Assembly (NCBI GenBank): GCA_043773225.1 | Contig: JAYVFJ010000146.1 | Span: forward strand, 1 to 46,533 | Direction of reading: 5' to 3' | DNA length: 46,533 bases | From: Chloracidobacterium sp. | Lineage (GTDB): Bacteria > Acidobacteriota > Blastocatellia > Pyrinomonadales > Pyrinomonadaceae | In this document: positions 29,033 to 36,578 of the stretch, piece by piece | Numbering within the stretch: the stretch's first letter is position 1 | Layout of the letters: each line of letters begins with the position of its first letter | Program-made: the position numbers and the translations under genes | The notes under the pieces: generated by a model | Told to the model about the DNA's origin: nothing | Seen by the model: only the letters and a program-made list of their open reading frames with translations | The model's database searches: none

Positions 29033-30631
29033 TTATCTTGGCCCTGAGTTATACGGTGACGAAGACTGCACCGTTATCGTCGAGCCCGGCATCAGTCGGA
29101 TGTCTTCTTTGCCGGTTGCGATAACCGAACCGGCGCCAGCACCGCCGCCGATTACGGCACCAATTGCCGCGCCTTTTCCGCCACCTATGATCGCACCAAG
29201 AATTGCCCCCGCACCGGCGCCGATGCCTCCGCGTTTTGCGGTTTCTTTGGTTTGGCTGTCGCCTTTGGCGGTGCCTTCGTTATCTATTTTGACGGTTTTG
29301 CCGTTTGCGTCCTTAATGCTTTGAAGGGTTCCGGCAAAGTCATACGTCTGACCATTTCGCAGGGTAATGCGTTCAAAATTAAACGTGACGTTCGACTGTC
29401 CCGAAACCTTGCCCGAGCGCCCGACGCCGGAAATGTAGCCTTCGACAACCGCGCCGCGAAACTCAATTGGCGACTGCACCGTCATTCGAAAACGGTCATT
29501 GTTCTGCGACACTTTTGTATTGATCTCATTTTCGAGATTGCCTGTGATAATAGTGCCATTGGGCACGACATAATTGCCGGGCCGTGCAGTCACGATGCTC
29601 GGAGCGCCGCTGTTCGGGACATTGCCTTGCTGGTCGTTATCCGAATAACCGCCGCTCGGATCGCTGTTGTTTCCGCCTGGATTTATGCCAAGCTGGGCGA
29701 CCGAATCGGTCTTGTTATAAACGCTCTCGGCGATGACAGTTTGGTTTAGATAATCGGTCGTAATGCGACGCGAGACTTTCATCGCCTTACCGTTGCTTAG
29801 AGAGGTGAATGTGATCGTGTAATCCGTATCACCGCCGAGGCTTGAAATTATCAGCTTCTCACCGCTAAGCGTTGCCCGCACCCGAATGGTTTGGCCCGAA
29901 GATGACCGCTCGGTCTTATCGCGGCCATCGGCTGTAAATGTCACCGGCGAAGCGTTTGAAGTAGCCAAAGTAACCTGATCACCGCGAATATCGAGAGCGA
30001 TCTGACCCGGAGCCTCTAGCTTGTCCTTGAGATCGTCGCGTTGCTCTGTGCCGAGGCTTCGGTCGGCGACGATGTCATCAATATTTTCGCTCCGTGCGGC
30101 ATCGAGATCGTATGTGCCGGAAAGCCCGACGCTTAAAGTATTGTTCTGGCTCGGAGCAGGATAGTTACTTACCGGTTCGGTGTCATAATCGGCGTTCCAG
30201 TTTGGCGTAATGCCATAGTTCGCTCCGAGCCGCTCGATTTGCCGTTTAACGGCTGTCCAGTCGTCTTCGACGCGGCGGTTCTGCGGGTTTGAACGTAAAA
30301 ATTCATTGACGCGGCGAGCGGCATTGACGATCTGGTTCACGTCATCGCGATTTTCACGTCGGCGGTCAAAATTGCCCTCAAATTCCTGCACGCTGTCGCG
30401 CAAGTTGCGGACGGTGTCCAAAAAATCGGCGATCATCTGGCTTTTCGACGAAATAGTTTGCATTTGATACCGTGCATTTTGCTCAAAATCGTCGATCTTT
30501 GAATTTAGGCTGCGCAGCGAATCGCGGATGTCGCGGTCGTTCCGCCGCTGGGCTTCAGCCAAACCGGCGCTGCCAAGCAGCAACGCCACAACTAACAATG
30601 AAAACGAAAAAGTGCTTTTGATCCTGTTCAT
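29033..30631 (-). CDS. Secreted hypothetical protein with C-terminal glycine-zipper segment
   Basis: 532 aa. Signal peptide FSFSLLVVALLLGSAGLAEAQ. The C-terminus GGIGAGAGAILGAIIGGGKGAAIGAVIGGGAGAGSVIATG is glycine-zipper-like. Confidence 0.7.
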   Translation of the reverse strand: MNRIKSTFSFSLLVVALLLGSAGLAEAQRRNDRDIRDSLRSLNSKIDDFEQNARYQMQTISSKSQMIADFLDTVRNLRDSVQEFEGNFDRRRENRDDVNQIVNAARRVNEFLRSNPQNRRVEDDWTAVKRQIERLGANYGITPNWNADYDTEPVSNYPAPSQNNTLSVGLSGTYDLDAARSENIDDIVADRSLGTEQRDDLKDKLEAPGQIALDIRGDQVTLATSNASPVTFTADGRDKTERSSSGQTIRVRATLSGEKLIISSLGGDTDYTITFTSLSNGKAMKVSRRITTDYLNQTVIAESVYNKTDSVAQLGINPGGNNSDPSGGYSDNDQQGNVPNSGAPSIVTARPGNYVVPNGTIITGNLENEINTKVSQNNDRFRMTVQSPIEFRGAVVEGYISGVGRSGKVSGQSNVTFNFERITLRNGQTYDFAGTLQSIKDANGKTVKIDNEGTAKGDSQTKETAKRGGIGAGAGAILGAIIGGGKGAAIGAVIGGGAGAGSVIATGKEDIRLMPGSTITVQSSSPYNSGPR

Positions 30632-30763
30632 ATTATCCTCACCTGACTGTAATGCTTTAGGCGCGAAATCACCTGCGCATTATGAAGCATTTTTCATGCC
30701 AATGGTTGTTTATAAATGCGGCAAACCACAGGCGAAGTATGCTAGAATTTCGTTGCTGTAATT

Positions 30764-31186
30764 ATGTCTGACAACACTTACAAGGCAAACGTAATGTATG
30801 CGGGTGACGAATTCTTTATCGGCACGCCGCCGAGCGGTAATGCTCAAGTCATTGATGCAAAAGGAGATAGACGTGCCGCGCCATCGCCTCTTGAGATGCT
30901 GCTTGTTTCCGTCGCCGCCTGCACCGCCGCCGACGTTATCTCGATCCTGCTCAAAAAACGCCAGGACGTAACAGCCTACAATGTCGAGGTAACAGGCGAG
31001 CGAAAAGAGGAACATCCGCGTGCCTTTATCAAGTTCCACGTCCACCATATCGTGCAAGGCCGCAACGTTTCCGAAAAAGCCTTAGCCGACGCCATCGAGT
31101 TGTCCGATACAAAATACTGCTCCGTCGCCGCCACCGTCCGCCCGACAGCCGAGATCACGACGAGTTTTGAGAGCGTTGAAGTGTAA
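30764..31186 (+). CDS. OsmC/Ohr-family peroxiredoxin-like protein
   Basis: 140 aa with PLEMLLVSVAACTAADVISIL and DTKYCSVAATV, the two conserved Cys contexts. Confidence 0.85.
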   Translation: MSDNTYKANVMYAGDEFFIGTPPSGNAQVIDAKGDRRAAPSPLEMLLVSVAACTAADVISILLKKRQDVTAYNVEVTGERKEEHPRAFIKFHVHHIVQGRNVSEKALADAIELSDTKYCSVAATVRPTAEITTSFESVEV

Positions 31187-31207
31187 GATAAAAAATAGGC
31201 CTTTTCC

Positions 31208-31256
31208 GTATGACCAAATCGTTTCTCGTATGACCGTATTGGGCATCGGTATGACC
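31208..31256 (+). repeat. Three phased direct repeats of GTATGACC (20- and 21-nt spacing)
   Basis: GTATGACC at 31208-31215, 31228-31235 and 31249-31256, directly upstream of the gene remnant at 31261. Confidence 0.5.
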
Positions 31257-31260
31257 AACT

Positions 31261-31385
31261 ATGAACCGCGTGGCATTTGAGAGGAAGGGCGAGCCTCAGG
31301 CCTTTAACCTGCTTTTTAACAAGGTAAAACCCGTATCGGCCTCAAACCGACGGGCCTCGCTGCCCGCAATGCCTAACCCGATGGT
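31261..31385 (+). pseudogene. Truncated, frameshifted remnant paralogous to the 33529..33945 gene
   Basis: MNRVAFERKGEPQAFNLLFNKV aligns with MNRRGYIAMSGRTFEKLGEPKACNLLFDAV. Nucleotide similarity continues after a 1-nt shift (atcggcctcaaaccg..gcccgcaatgcc) and then hits a stop. Confidence 0.55.
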
Positions 31386-31393
31386 TCTAACCA

Positions 31394-33118
31394 TTATTTT
31401 TTACCTGGAATTCCGGGGATTGGATAATAAACATCATACAACTCTCCTGAAGATGAAGATAATGATTTTTCCTCGGCGGCGGCGTTTTTATTTAAGAGTG
31501 CATTGGCAATATACCACCTGAAAAACAACCGTTGATCGGTGTCTGTAAAGTGGTCGGCGAGCCGCACGGTTCGTTCAAAATCCGCATGTGCAAGGGCACG
31601 GATCACATCGATCGCAAGTGTTGAATTGGAAGCTATTTGACGCCGCCTCTTTTCAAAATTTGATATTTCGTCGTTTTCTTCGGCTGTAAAATCTTTAAGT
31701 TCTTTGGAAATGCTTATAAGCCGATTTGCACGATCTAAAAGTTTCTCGGCCATGACAAATCCTCTGGCTGGCTCAATAAACGCCAACGACAAAGTGTAGT
31801 TTTCGGCAAGGGTAAATTCCTCTTTGTTTTTGGGCTCCGTTGGCACCAGCGGCTCTATCTCGTCAAAGAGTTTTTTTGCTCCGGCCAGGTCGTTCTTTTT
31901 TGCCAGAGCGACCGCGGCAGAACTTAGTGAACTGATCCGAATCAAACGGTCCGAATCAGCCTTAAAAAACGGTCGAGACGGCGGGAGAGGTTCGACATCG
32001 GGAAAATCATTTAATCCGGGAATGCCCGCAGGTGTTCTAAAAATATCAGGCACGCTCGGTTTGATTTCCTTTCGCTGCTTGACCGATAAACTTTTTTCAA
32101 AACGCGCAAACTCAATAGGCGCATACTTCTTTAGATTTTCATAAACGGATTCAACAACGTAGGGATGAAATTTTTTTGCTTTTATCAAAGACATCACCAT
32201 CAAACGGGCAAGCTCCTTTATCTCCGGCTCGCTAAGCAAGACCGGATCGCCTGTGTTTTTTGCCTTTTCGCCGGCGTCAACGGCGAAGTTTAGAAGTGCC
32301 GCGGCCGTTGAAAAAGGGATTCGCTCGTCGGCAGAACTCGTTGCTGGCACCATGCGATTTGCAAACGCATTAGTGAATGTAAAGTTGGCAGCGGGCTTAG
32401 TCCAGTTACCCGGAATACCATTAAAATTAGGGAAGTTGCCAGCTGACGGAATCTGCGGATATGGCGTGGGCACATGGAGTGACTTGCCGCTGAGTTTTTT
32501 GAGAACTGCGCTGGCCACGTTTGCACCATAGTCCTTGTTTGCAGTATAGAGTTTTCCTAATTTTCCATCTCCCATAAAGTCGAAAGAGTTGGACGAGGCT
32601 TTCAGGTAAGGAAGATAATTGTTTGCCTCGACAGCTTTTTTCGCCTCCAGAAATGCTTCATCCGGGTATTGCTCGACATAATAGTCATAAACGGCGGCCT
32701 TATCATACTCACTAAATAATGATTGCGACAATTCTGCTATCTTAAGAGCGAGTTTTGCGTCTCTGGCGGCTATGAGTGCAAGATCAATGTTGCGATAGTA
32801 AAAGGATTCCTTGCCTGCGTCAGAAGCAAGTGATAAAAACAATGTTCTTGCCCTTTGTTCTTCCTCTTCCCAAAGCAGATCGGTAAGCAGGAAGCGCATT
32901 TTGATCGAGTCTGTTTTTGGTTCAACGGCAGCCGACTCAGCCATTACCTCGTTGAGAAGTCCAAAGGCCTTTTTTCTCACCTCTGGCGAGACTTCGGCCA
33001 TTCTGGTTTTGATCTCCTTTACGGCAGGCTGCGTATTTTTACTTGCGTGCCCGAACCAGGCCCAACTTCCAAATGCGATCAAACTAAGAACCATTGCAGA
33101 AATTTTTAGATAGGTCAT
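31394..33118 (-). CDS. Hypothetical membrane-anchored or secreted protein, helical-repeat-like
   Basis: 574-aa ORF with N-terminal hydrophobic segment ISAMVLSLIAFGSWAWFG. I recognise no motif. Confidence 0.7.
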   Translation of the reverse strand: MTYLKISAMVLSLIAFGSWAWFGHASKNTQPAVKEIKTRMAEVSPEVRKKAFGLLNEVMAESAAVEPKTDSIKMRFLLTDLLWEEEEQRARTLFLSLASDAGKESFYYRNIDLALIAARDAKLALKIAELSQSLFSEYDKAAVYDYYVEQYPDEAFLEAKKAVEANNYLPYLKASSNSFDFMGDGKLGKLYTANKDYGANVASAVLKKLSGKSLHVPTPYPQIPSAGNFPNFNGIPGNWTKPAANFTFTNAFANRMVPATSSADERIPFSTAAALLNFAVDAGEKAKNTGDPVLLSEPEIKELARLMVMSLIKAKKFHPYVVESVYENLKKYAPIEFARFEKSLSVKQRKEIKPSVPDIFRTPAGIPGLNDFPDVEPLPPSRPFFKADSDRLIRISSLSSAAVALAKKNDLAGAKKLFDEIEPLVPTEPKNKEEFTLAENYTLSLAFIEPARGFVMAEKLLDRANRLISISKELKDFTAEENDEISNFEKRRRQIASNSTLAIDVIRALAHADFERTVRLADHFTDTDQRLFFRWYIANALLNKNAAAEEKSLSSSSGELYDVYYPIPGIPGKK

Positions 33119-33282
33119 ATCGTCTCCTGTCTTGTGGTTGGCTGGGCGTCGGGTTTCTTGCTACTTCCCCCAAAAGTTCCAGCGGTGTTACGAACAGCGG
33201 AACAAAACAAACTCATCATAACATTGACTCGAGATATATGACCGAATTTGTTGGGGTTTGTTATTTTCTTATCCCGCGTTTT

Positions 33283-33391
33283 CTTGTATCTTAATTAGTG
33301 TCTCTTGGGAGGTTTTCAGATGAAAAGGAAGATACTGCTTTTTTTGGTGATAGCGTTGGCTCTTGCCCTACGCCGATCACGGTGTCGATGA
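33283..33391 (+). pseudogene. Duplicated 5' region (leader, RBS and signal-peptide start) of a YARHG-gene-like locus, truncated after 23 codons
   Basis: gttttcttgtatcttaattag...gggaggttttcagATGAAAAGGAAG matches gttttcttgtatcttattag...gggaggtttcagATGAAAGGGAAC at 36536-36590. The ORF MKRKILLFLVIALALALRRSRCR* stops at 33389-33391. Confidence 0.45.
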
Positions 33392-33528
33392 TCGTCCCGA
33401 TCACGAACTTTGCCACAAAGCACACAGAGGGATCGAGATCGAGCGCAATTTATATGTTTTGACTATGCAACATCCACGCACTTCTGTTACACTACTGGAA
33501 AATCCAGAATGAAGGAGAAAAATACAGT

Positions 33529-33945
33529 ATGAAACCAGATTGGCGAGAGTGTCCGCGTGGCGATGTAACCGGGCAGTGGGCCGCGCTATATGTAACGATG
33601 AACCGGCGAGGGTATATCGCGATGAGCGGCAGGACGTTCGAGAAGCTCGGCGAGCCCAAGGCTTGCAACCTGCTTTTTGACGCCGTAAACAACCGCATCG
33701 GCCTGAAACCGGCGGCGCTGGCGGCCCGCAATGCCTTCCCCGTAGCAAAACAAGGCCGCCACGGCGGACGCCTCATACGGGCCTATCGGCTGATGCAGGA
33801 ATTTGGCATAGACCTGCCCGAAACCATCCATTTCCACGACGCCGAGATAGATCAGGACGGCATCCTGATCCTCGACCTCAGAACGGCCAGAGTCTCGTTC
33901 CGCGCACTCGGCCAGGCAAAGTCGATGAAAGCGGCGTCCGGATAG
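33529..33945 (+). CDS. Hypothetical small protein (weak AbrB/SpoVT-like pattern)
   Basis: 138-aa ORF. The start could be the internal MNRRGY. It has a degraded paralogue at 31261. The family guess is weak. Confidence 0.55.
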   Translation: MKPDWRECPRGDVTGQWAALYVTMNRRGYIAMSGRTFEKLGEPKACNLLFDAVNNRIGLKPAALAARNAFPVAKQGRHGGRLIRAYRLMQEFGIDLPETIHFHDAEIDQDGILILDLRTARVSFRALGQAKSMKAASG

Positions 33946-34081
33946 ACGCTCAGTAGAATGATTTGATCGCGGCTTTGCCGCTCGATTTGCGGAAAAACTG
34001 TGCTTTTCCGTTGGCATATATTTATTGATTGCGGCTACGCCGCCGCACAGAGGCATCGCCTCGAAGATAGTTGGAATCTTT

Positions 34082-34272
34082 CCGGTGAAGCTGAGTTTCA
34101 CCGTAATAGAGCGGCACAGCCGCATTTTCCCCCCGTTTCGCAAGCCTGCGGAGCAGGCGGTATATTTGTAGCCACACGTGCAAACGTGTGGAACGCCATA
34201 CAAAATCAACGAGCGTGCGGAGCACGCGACATTTGCCGCGTGTTCCACACGCTCGAATTATTTTGTTTGCCG
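34082..34272 (+). ncRNA. Candidate structured RNA / attenuator-like segment ending in a terminator-like stem plus U tract
   Basis: Hairpins at 34083-34103, 34111-34123, 34144-34158, 34172-34191 (GCAA loop) and 34213-34227. There is a 10-bp alternative pairing of 34185-34194 with 34242-34251. An outer stem 34210-34217/34248-34255 is followed by aattattttgttt. No coding ORF. Confidence 0.3.
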
Positions 34273-34334
34273 ATACCCCCACGTTCCGCTTCGCTTCACA
34301 TGGGGCAACAAATATGTCGGCGGCGTTGCCGATT

Positions 34335-34524
34335 TGTCGCCAACGGCGACCGACCTATAAAGCCTATGGTGAAACCATAGGATGGCGATTAAACCCACCC
34401 GGTCGCTGAAGGCGACAAACAATAGCGTCGGCATGTTGCTCCCCTTCAGGGAGCGAAATCCTATCGTTCTGCAACCCTAGGGTGAAGCACCCTAGGCTTT
34501 ATAGGTTCGTCGCCGTTGGCGACA
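34335..34524. repeat. 190-nt symmetric multi-hairpin palindromic element (MITE-like or structured RNA)
   Basis: 34-nt terminal inverted repeats, tgtcgccaacggcgaccgacctataaagcctatg and cctaggctttataggttcgtcgccgttggcgaca, pair at 31/34. Internal hairpins: 34364-34381, 34402-34416, 34439-34453 and 34476-34496. Confidence 0.6.
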
Positions 34525-34710
34525 ACAGAGTTCACAATAATATTCACCCTTGAATGTTTTTAAGAAATGTTTTTAAGTTCGGCCTGTCTTGCTCGGAAGG
34601 CTAAGGACGCGTCCCAAACACCAGACAATTGATCACGACCACAACAAAAATGGACAGCCCCACGCCGTCCTTTTCCTTTTATTCACCAATTTGAGTTTCG
34701 GAATATCTGT

Positions 34711-35472
34711 TTACCAAAAGGAACCGACGGTAGAGACGCCGCCGCCGCCGCTGATGGTGTAACTGGGCGGCAAAAAGGTTGATGAGATTGTTCCATCGGC
34801 GCGAATGTATGGCGCAATAATAATGTTGCCCGCAACCTCAGCGCCGCCGCCGGTACGCGCCCAACCGCCCTCTCCAACTACGAGGATAAGACCCCGGAAT
34901 CTGAAGTTTCCCGCGTTGGTGAGCTTTCCGGTCACAACGAGGATTCCGCCGCCGTCACCGGCCTTGCAGTCGCCTTCGCAGAATGTGATTCCTTGGGCAT
35001 TCGTATAGAACGAGGTTGGTGATGTTACGTGCCCGCCATTTACATTAAAATATCGATTGCTGTGTTGCGCAGTGACACGTAAATTCGAGATCAATTGAGC
35101 AAGATTGCCCGGCGTTTGCAGCCACGAAGGCAGGAGGTTGACGTCTGTAAGATAAACACCCGGTGGATCAATGTGCACATTAGATGAAGTGTGGGTAAAC
35201 ATCCAATTCATGACTTGCCCGTCCGTAACGGCAAACGCCGGGATAATTCCCCCGTCGCACTGTCCGCCTGAATATCTTACACCACTTGACCTTCCCGGCT
35301 GCCAATGATCACCGTCGCCAAAGTTCAACGTCCCATTAGTAAATGGGCCGACCAACACCATAGTTCCGACAGCATAGCAGCCACCTTGGCCCCGTGCTGT
35401 TTCCCCGGAAAACAGGCCAACAAAGAAAACAAGAAGCATCATCGAAAACCTTAAAGCTCGAGAAGAAATCAT
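34711..35472 (-). CDS. Hypothetical secreted Gly-rich protein
   Basis: ATG at 35472 gives MISSRALRFSMMLLVFFVGLFSGETARGQ (signal peptide). The Gly-rich C-terminus GGILVVTGKLTNAGNFRFRGLILVVGEGGWARTGGG has no motif I can assign. Confidence 0.65.
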   Translation of the reverse strand: MISSRALRFSMMLLVFFVGLFSGETARGQGGCYAVGTMVLVGPFTNGTLNFGDGDHWQPGRSSGVRYSGGQCDGGIIPAFAVTDGQVMNWMFTHTSSNVHIDPPGVYLTDVNLLPSWLQTPGNLAQLISNLRVTAQHSNRYFNVNGGHVTSPTSFYTNAQGITFCEGDCKAGDGGGILVVTGKLTNAGNFRFRGLILVVGEGGWARTGGGAEVAGNIIIAPYIRADGTISSTFLPPSYTISGGGGVSTVGSFW

Positions 35473-35714
35473 AATATCCCCAAGATAATCGATTTTCCGC
35501 GCAAATGCGATAGAAATCGACTCACCGATTGTATAAAGATGTGAAAACACTCATTTTCCAGCCAAAACCTCTATTTCCGGCCCGTTTGGTCATAGACTAC
35601 AATAGATCGCTCTAGGCATCCAATAATATCTTCGGATTCTTTCGAGCTAATGACAAGAGTTTGAGGCTGGCGCCGTTGGGTTTGCCGTGGCCTTGTCCGA
35701 TGGAACATATTTTA

Positions 35715-36065
35715 TCACAGCGGGAGGCGTTCGATCTTGCCGTTCCATTCGTTATCGTGGCTGCATTCGGCGATGATAACGATCTCGTTGATGGCTTGGC
35801 CGATGGGAAAGTTTTGATCTATGAGAAACAGCCCCGGCATGGGTTTGCCGGCGAGTAGTCTGGCACTGGCGTGGGTTGCCATCGTGTGAACGTCGTGGCT
35901 TAGGACGATTCGATTGTTTAAAGCAGCAAACTCAAGAATAGCCGGGTCTCGTGCGGTGCGAAGACCTACATCCTGGACCCGCACGATGTCGAGATCGGGC
36001 AACCGCCTGCGGACGCCTGCTAGCACGTATCTATTGAAGTCTTCGTCGGCTAGGAACTGGATCAT
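35715..36065 (-). CDS. DUF5615-family PIN-like putative toxin
   Basis: MIQFLADEDFNRYVLAGVRRRLPDLDIVRV..ILEFAALNNRIVLSHD. It overlaps the upstream DUF433 gene by 4 nt. Confidence 0.8.
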   Translation of the reverse strand: MIQFLADEDFNRYVLAGVRRRLPDLDIVRVQDVGLRTARDPAILEFAALNNRIVLSHDVHTMATHASARLLAGKPMPGLFLIDQNFPIGQAINEIVIIAECSHDNEWNGKIERLPL

Positions 36066-36406
36066 TTCTTCCAGTTCGGATCGGTGCCGTTCTTTCTGGC
36101 AAGGAGCATCTCGCGGGTTAGCGTTGGCGGATTTTTTGCTTTATGCTCCTTCCAAAACCGTTCCCGATCCTCTTCGTGTTTTGAAATATACGCGTCAACC
36201 TCGGCCTTGTTGTGAAGATAATACGCAATGGCGGCATGGACTTGGGCCAAAGAGAGCGAATCGTATTGATCCCGAATCTCGGCGGCATCTTCGCCGTTGT
36301 TGAAATGGTAAACAACGGTATCGAGCGAGACACGCGTGTCACCCACCTTAAAGACGCCTTCTACTACGCGAACCGGTTTTGGAATTGTGCCGACTATCGA
36401 GGCCAT
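36062..36406 (-). CDS. DUF433-domain putative antitoxin
   Basis: VGDTRVSLDTVVYHFNNGEDAAEIRDQYDSLSLAQVHAAIAYYLHNKAEVD matches the DUF433 pattern. It has an extended charged C-terminal tail. Confidence 0.8.
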   Translation of the reverse strand: MASIVGTIPKPVRVVEGVFKVGDTRVSLDTVVYHFNNGEDAAEIRDQYDSLSLAQVHAAIAYYLHNKAEVDAYISKHEEDRERFWKEHKAKNPPTLTREMLLARKNGTDPNWKK

Positions 36407-36460
36407 AACATTCGTAATTTTAACATAGGATTTGTAGGTTTGGAATAGAAAAAGCCTTAC

Positions 36461-36531
36461 AAGTCAAAAGTAAAAAGGCAAAAGACAATTTTTTTTGGTT
36501 ATTTTTCCTTTTTACTTTTACCTTTTAACTT
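36461..36531. repeat. Imperfect hairpin with A-rich/T-rich arms of 7-nt tandem units
   Basis: aagtcaaaagtaaaaaggcaaaagac is partly complementary to tcctttttacttttaccttttaactt (shared core aaaagtaaaaagg). It lies between divergent genes. Confidence 0.45.
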
Positions 36532-36578
36532 AAGGGGTTTTCTTGTATCTTATTAGAGGATTTCGCGGGAGGTTTCAG

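Noticed and set aside
33237-33243. Fourth TATGACC copy upstream of the intact small gene, as evidence linking it to the 31208-31256 repeat array
   Set aside because: A 7-mer is expected several times by chance in 46 kb on two strands. Only the phased triplet is significant.
33586-34409. ORF-track entries 33586..34248(-), 34000..34380(+), 34022..34282(-), 34178..34360(+) and 34188..34409(+)
   Set aside because: They are Arg/Cys-rich, mutually overlapping, lack RBS context, and lie exactly over the hairpin-rich DNA. They are most likely non-coding.
34435-34475. 41-nt unit GTTGCTCCCCTTCAGGGAGCGAAATCCTATCGTTCTGCAAC, which looks like a CRISPR repeat (GTTGC...GCAAC ends, internal hairpin)
   Set aside because: It is a single copy with no spacer-repeat periodicity and no cas genes in the window. 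It is part of the larger symmetric element at 34335-34524.
34553-34577. Tandem duplication AATGTTTTTAAG-A-AATGTTTTTAAG
   Set aside because: There are only two units with no adjacent gene start or further copies. It is probably a slippage duplication in AT-rich spacer. I note it but do not interpret it.
33946-34710. Retron msr/msd, group II intron, IscB/TnpB omega-RNA, RNase P RNA, tmRNA, SRP RNA or tRNA as the explanation for the structured region
   Set aside because: There is no reverse transcriptase, IscB/TnpB or intron-encoded ORF nearby. I could not find the conserved RNase P P4 sequence (GAGGAAAGUCCGG-like), a tmRNA or tRNA T-arm/ACCA end, the SRP GGAA motif context, or a domain V AGC...GAAA hairpin.
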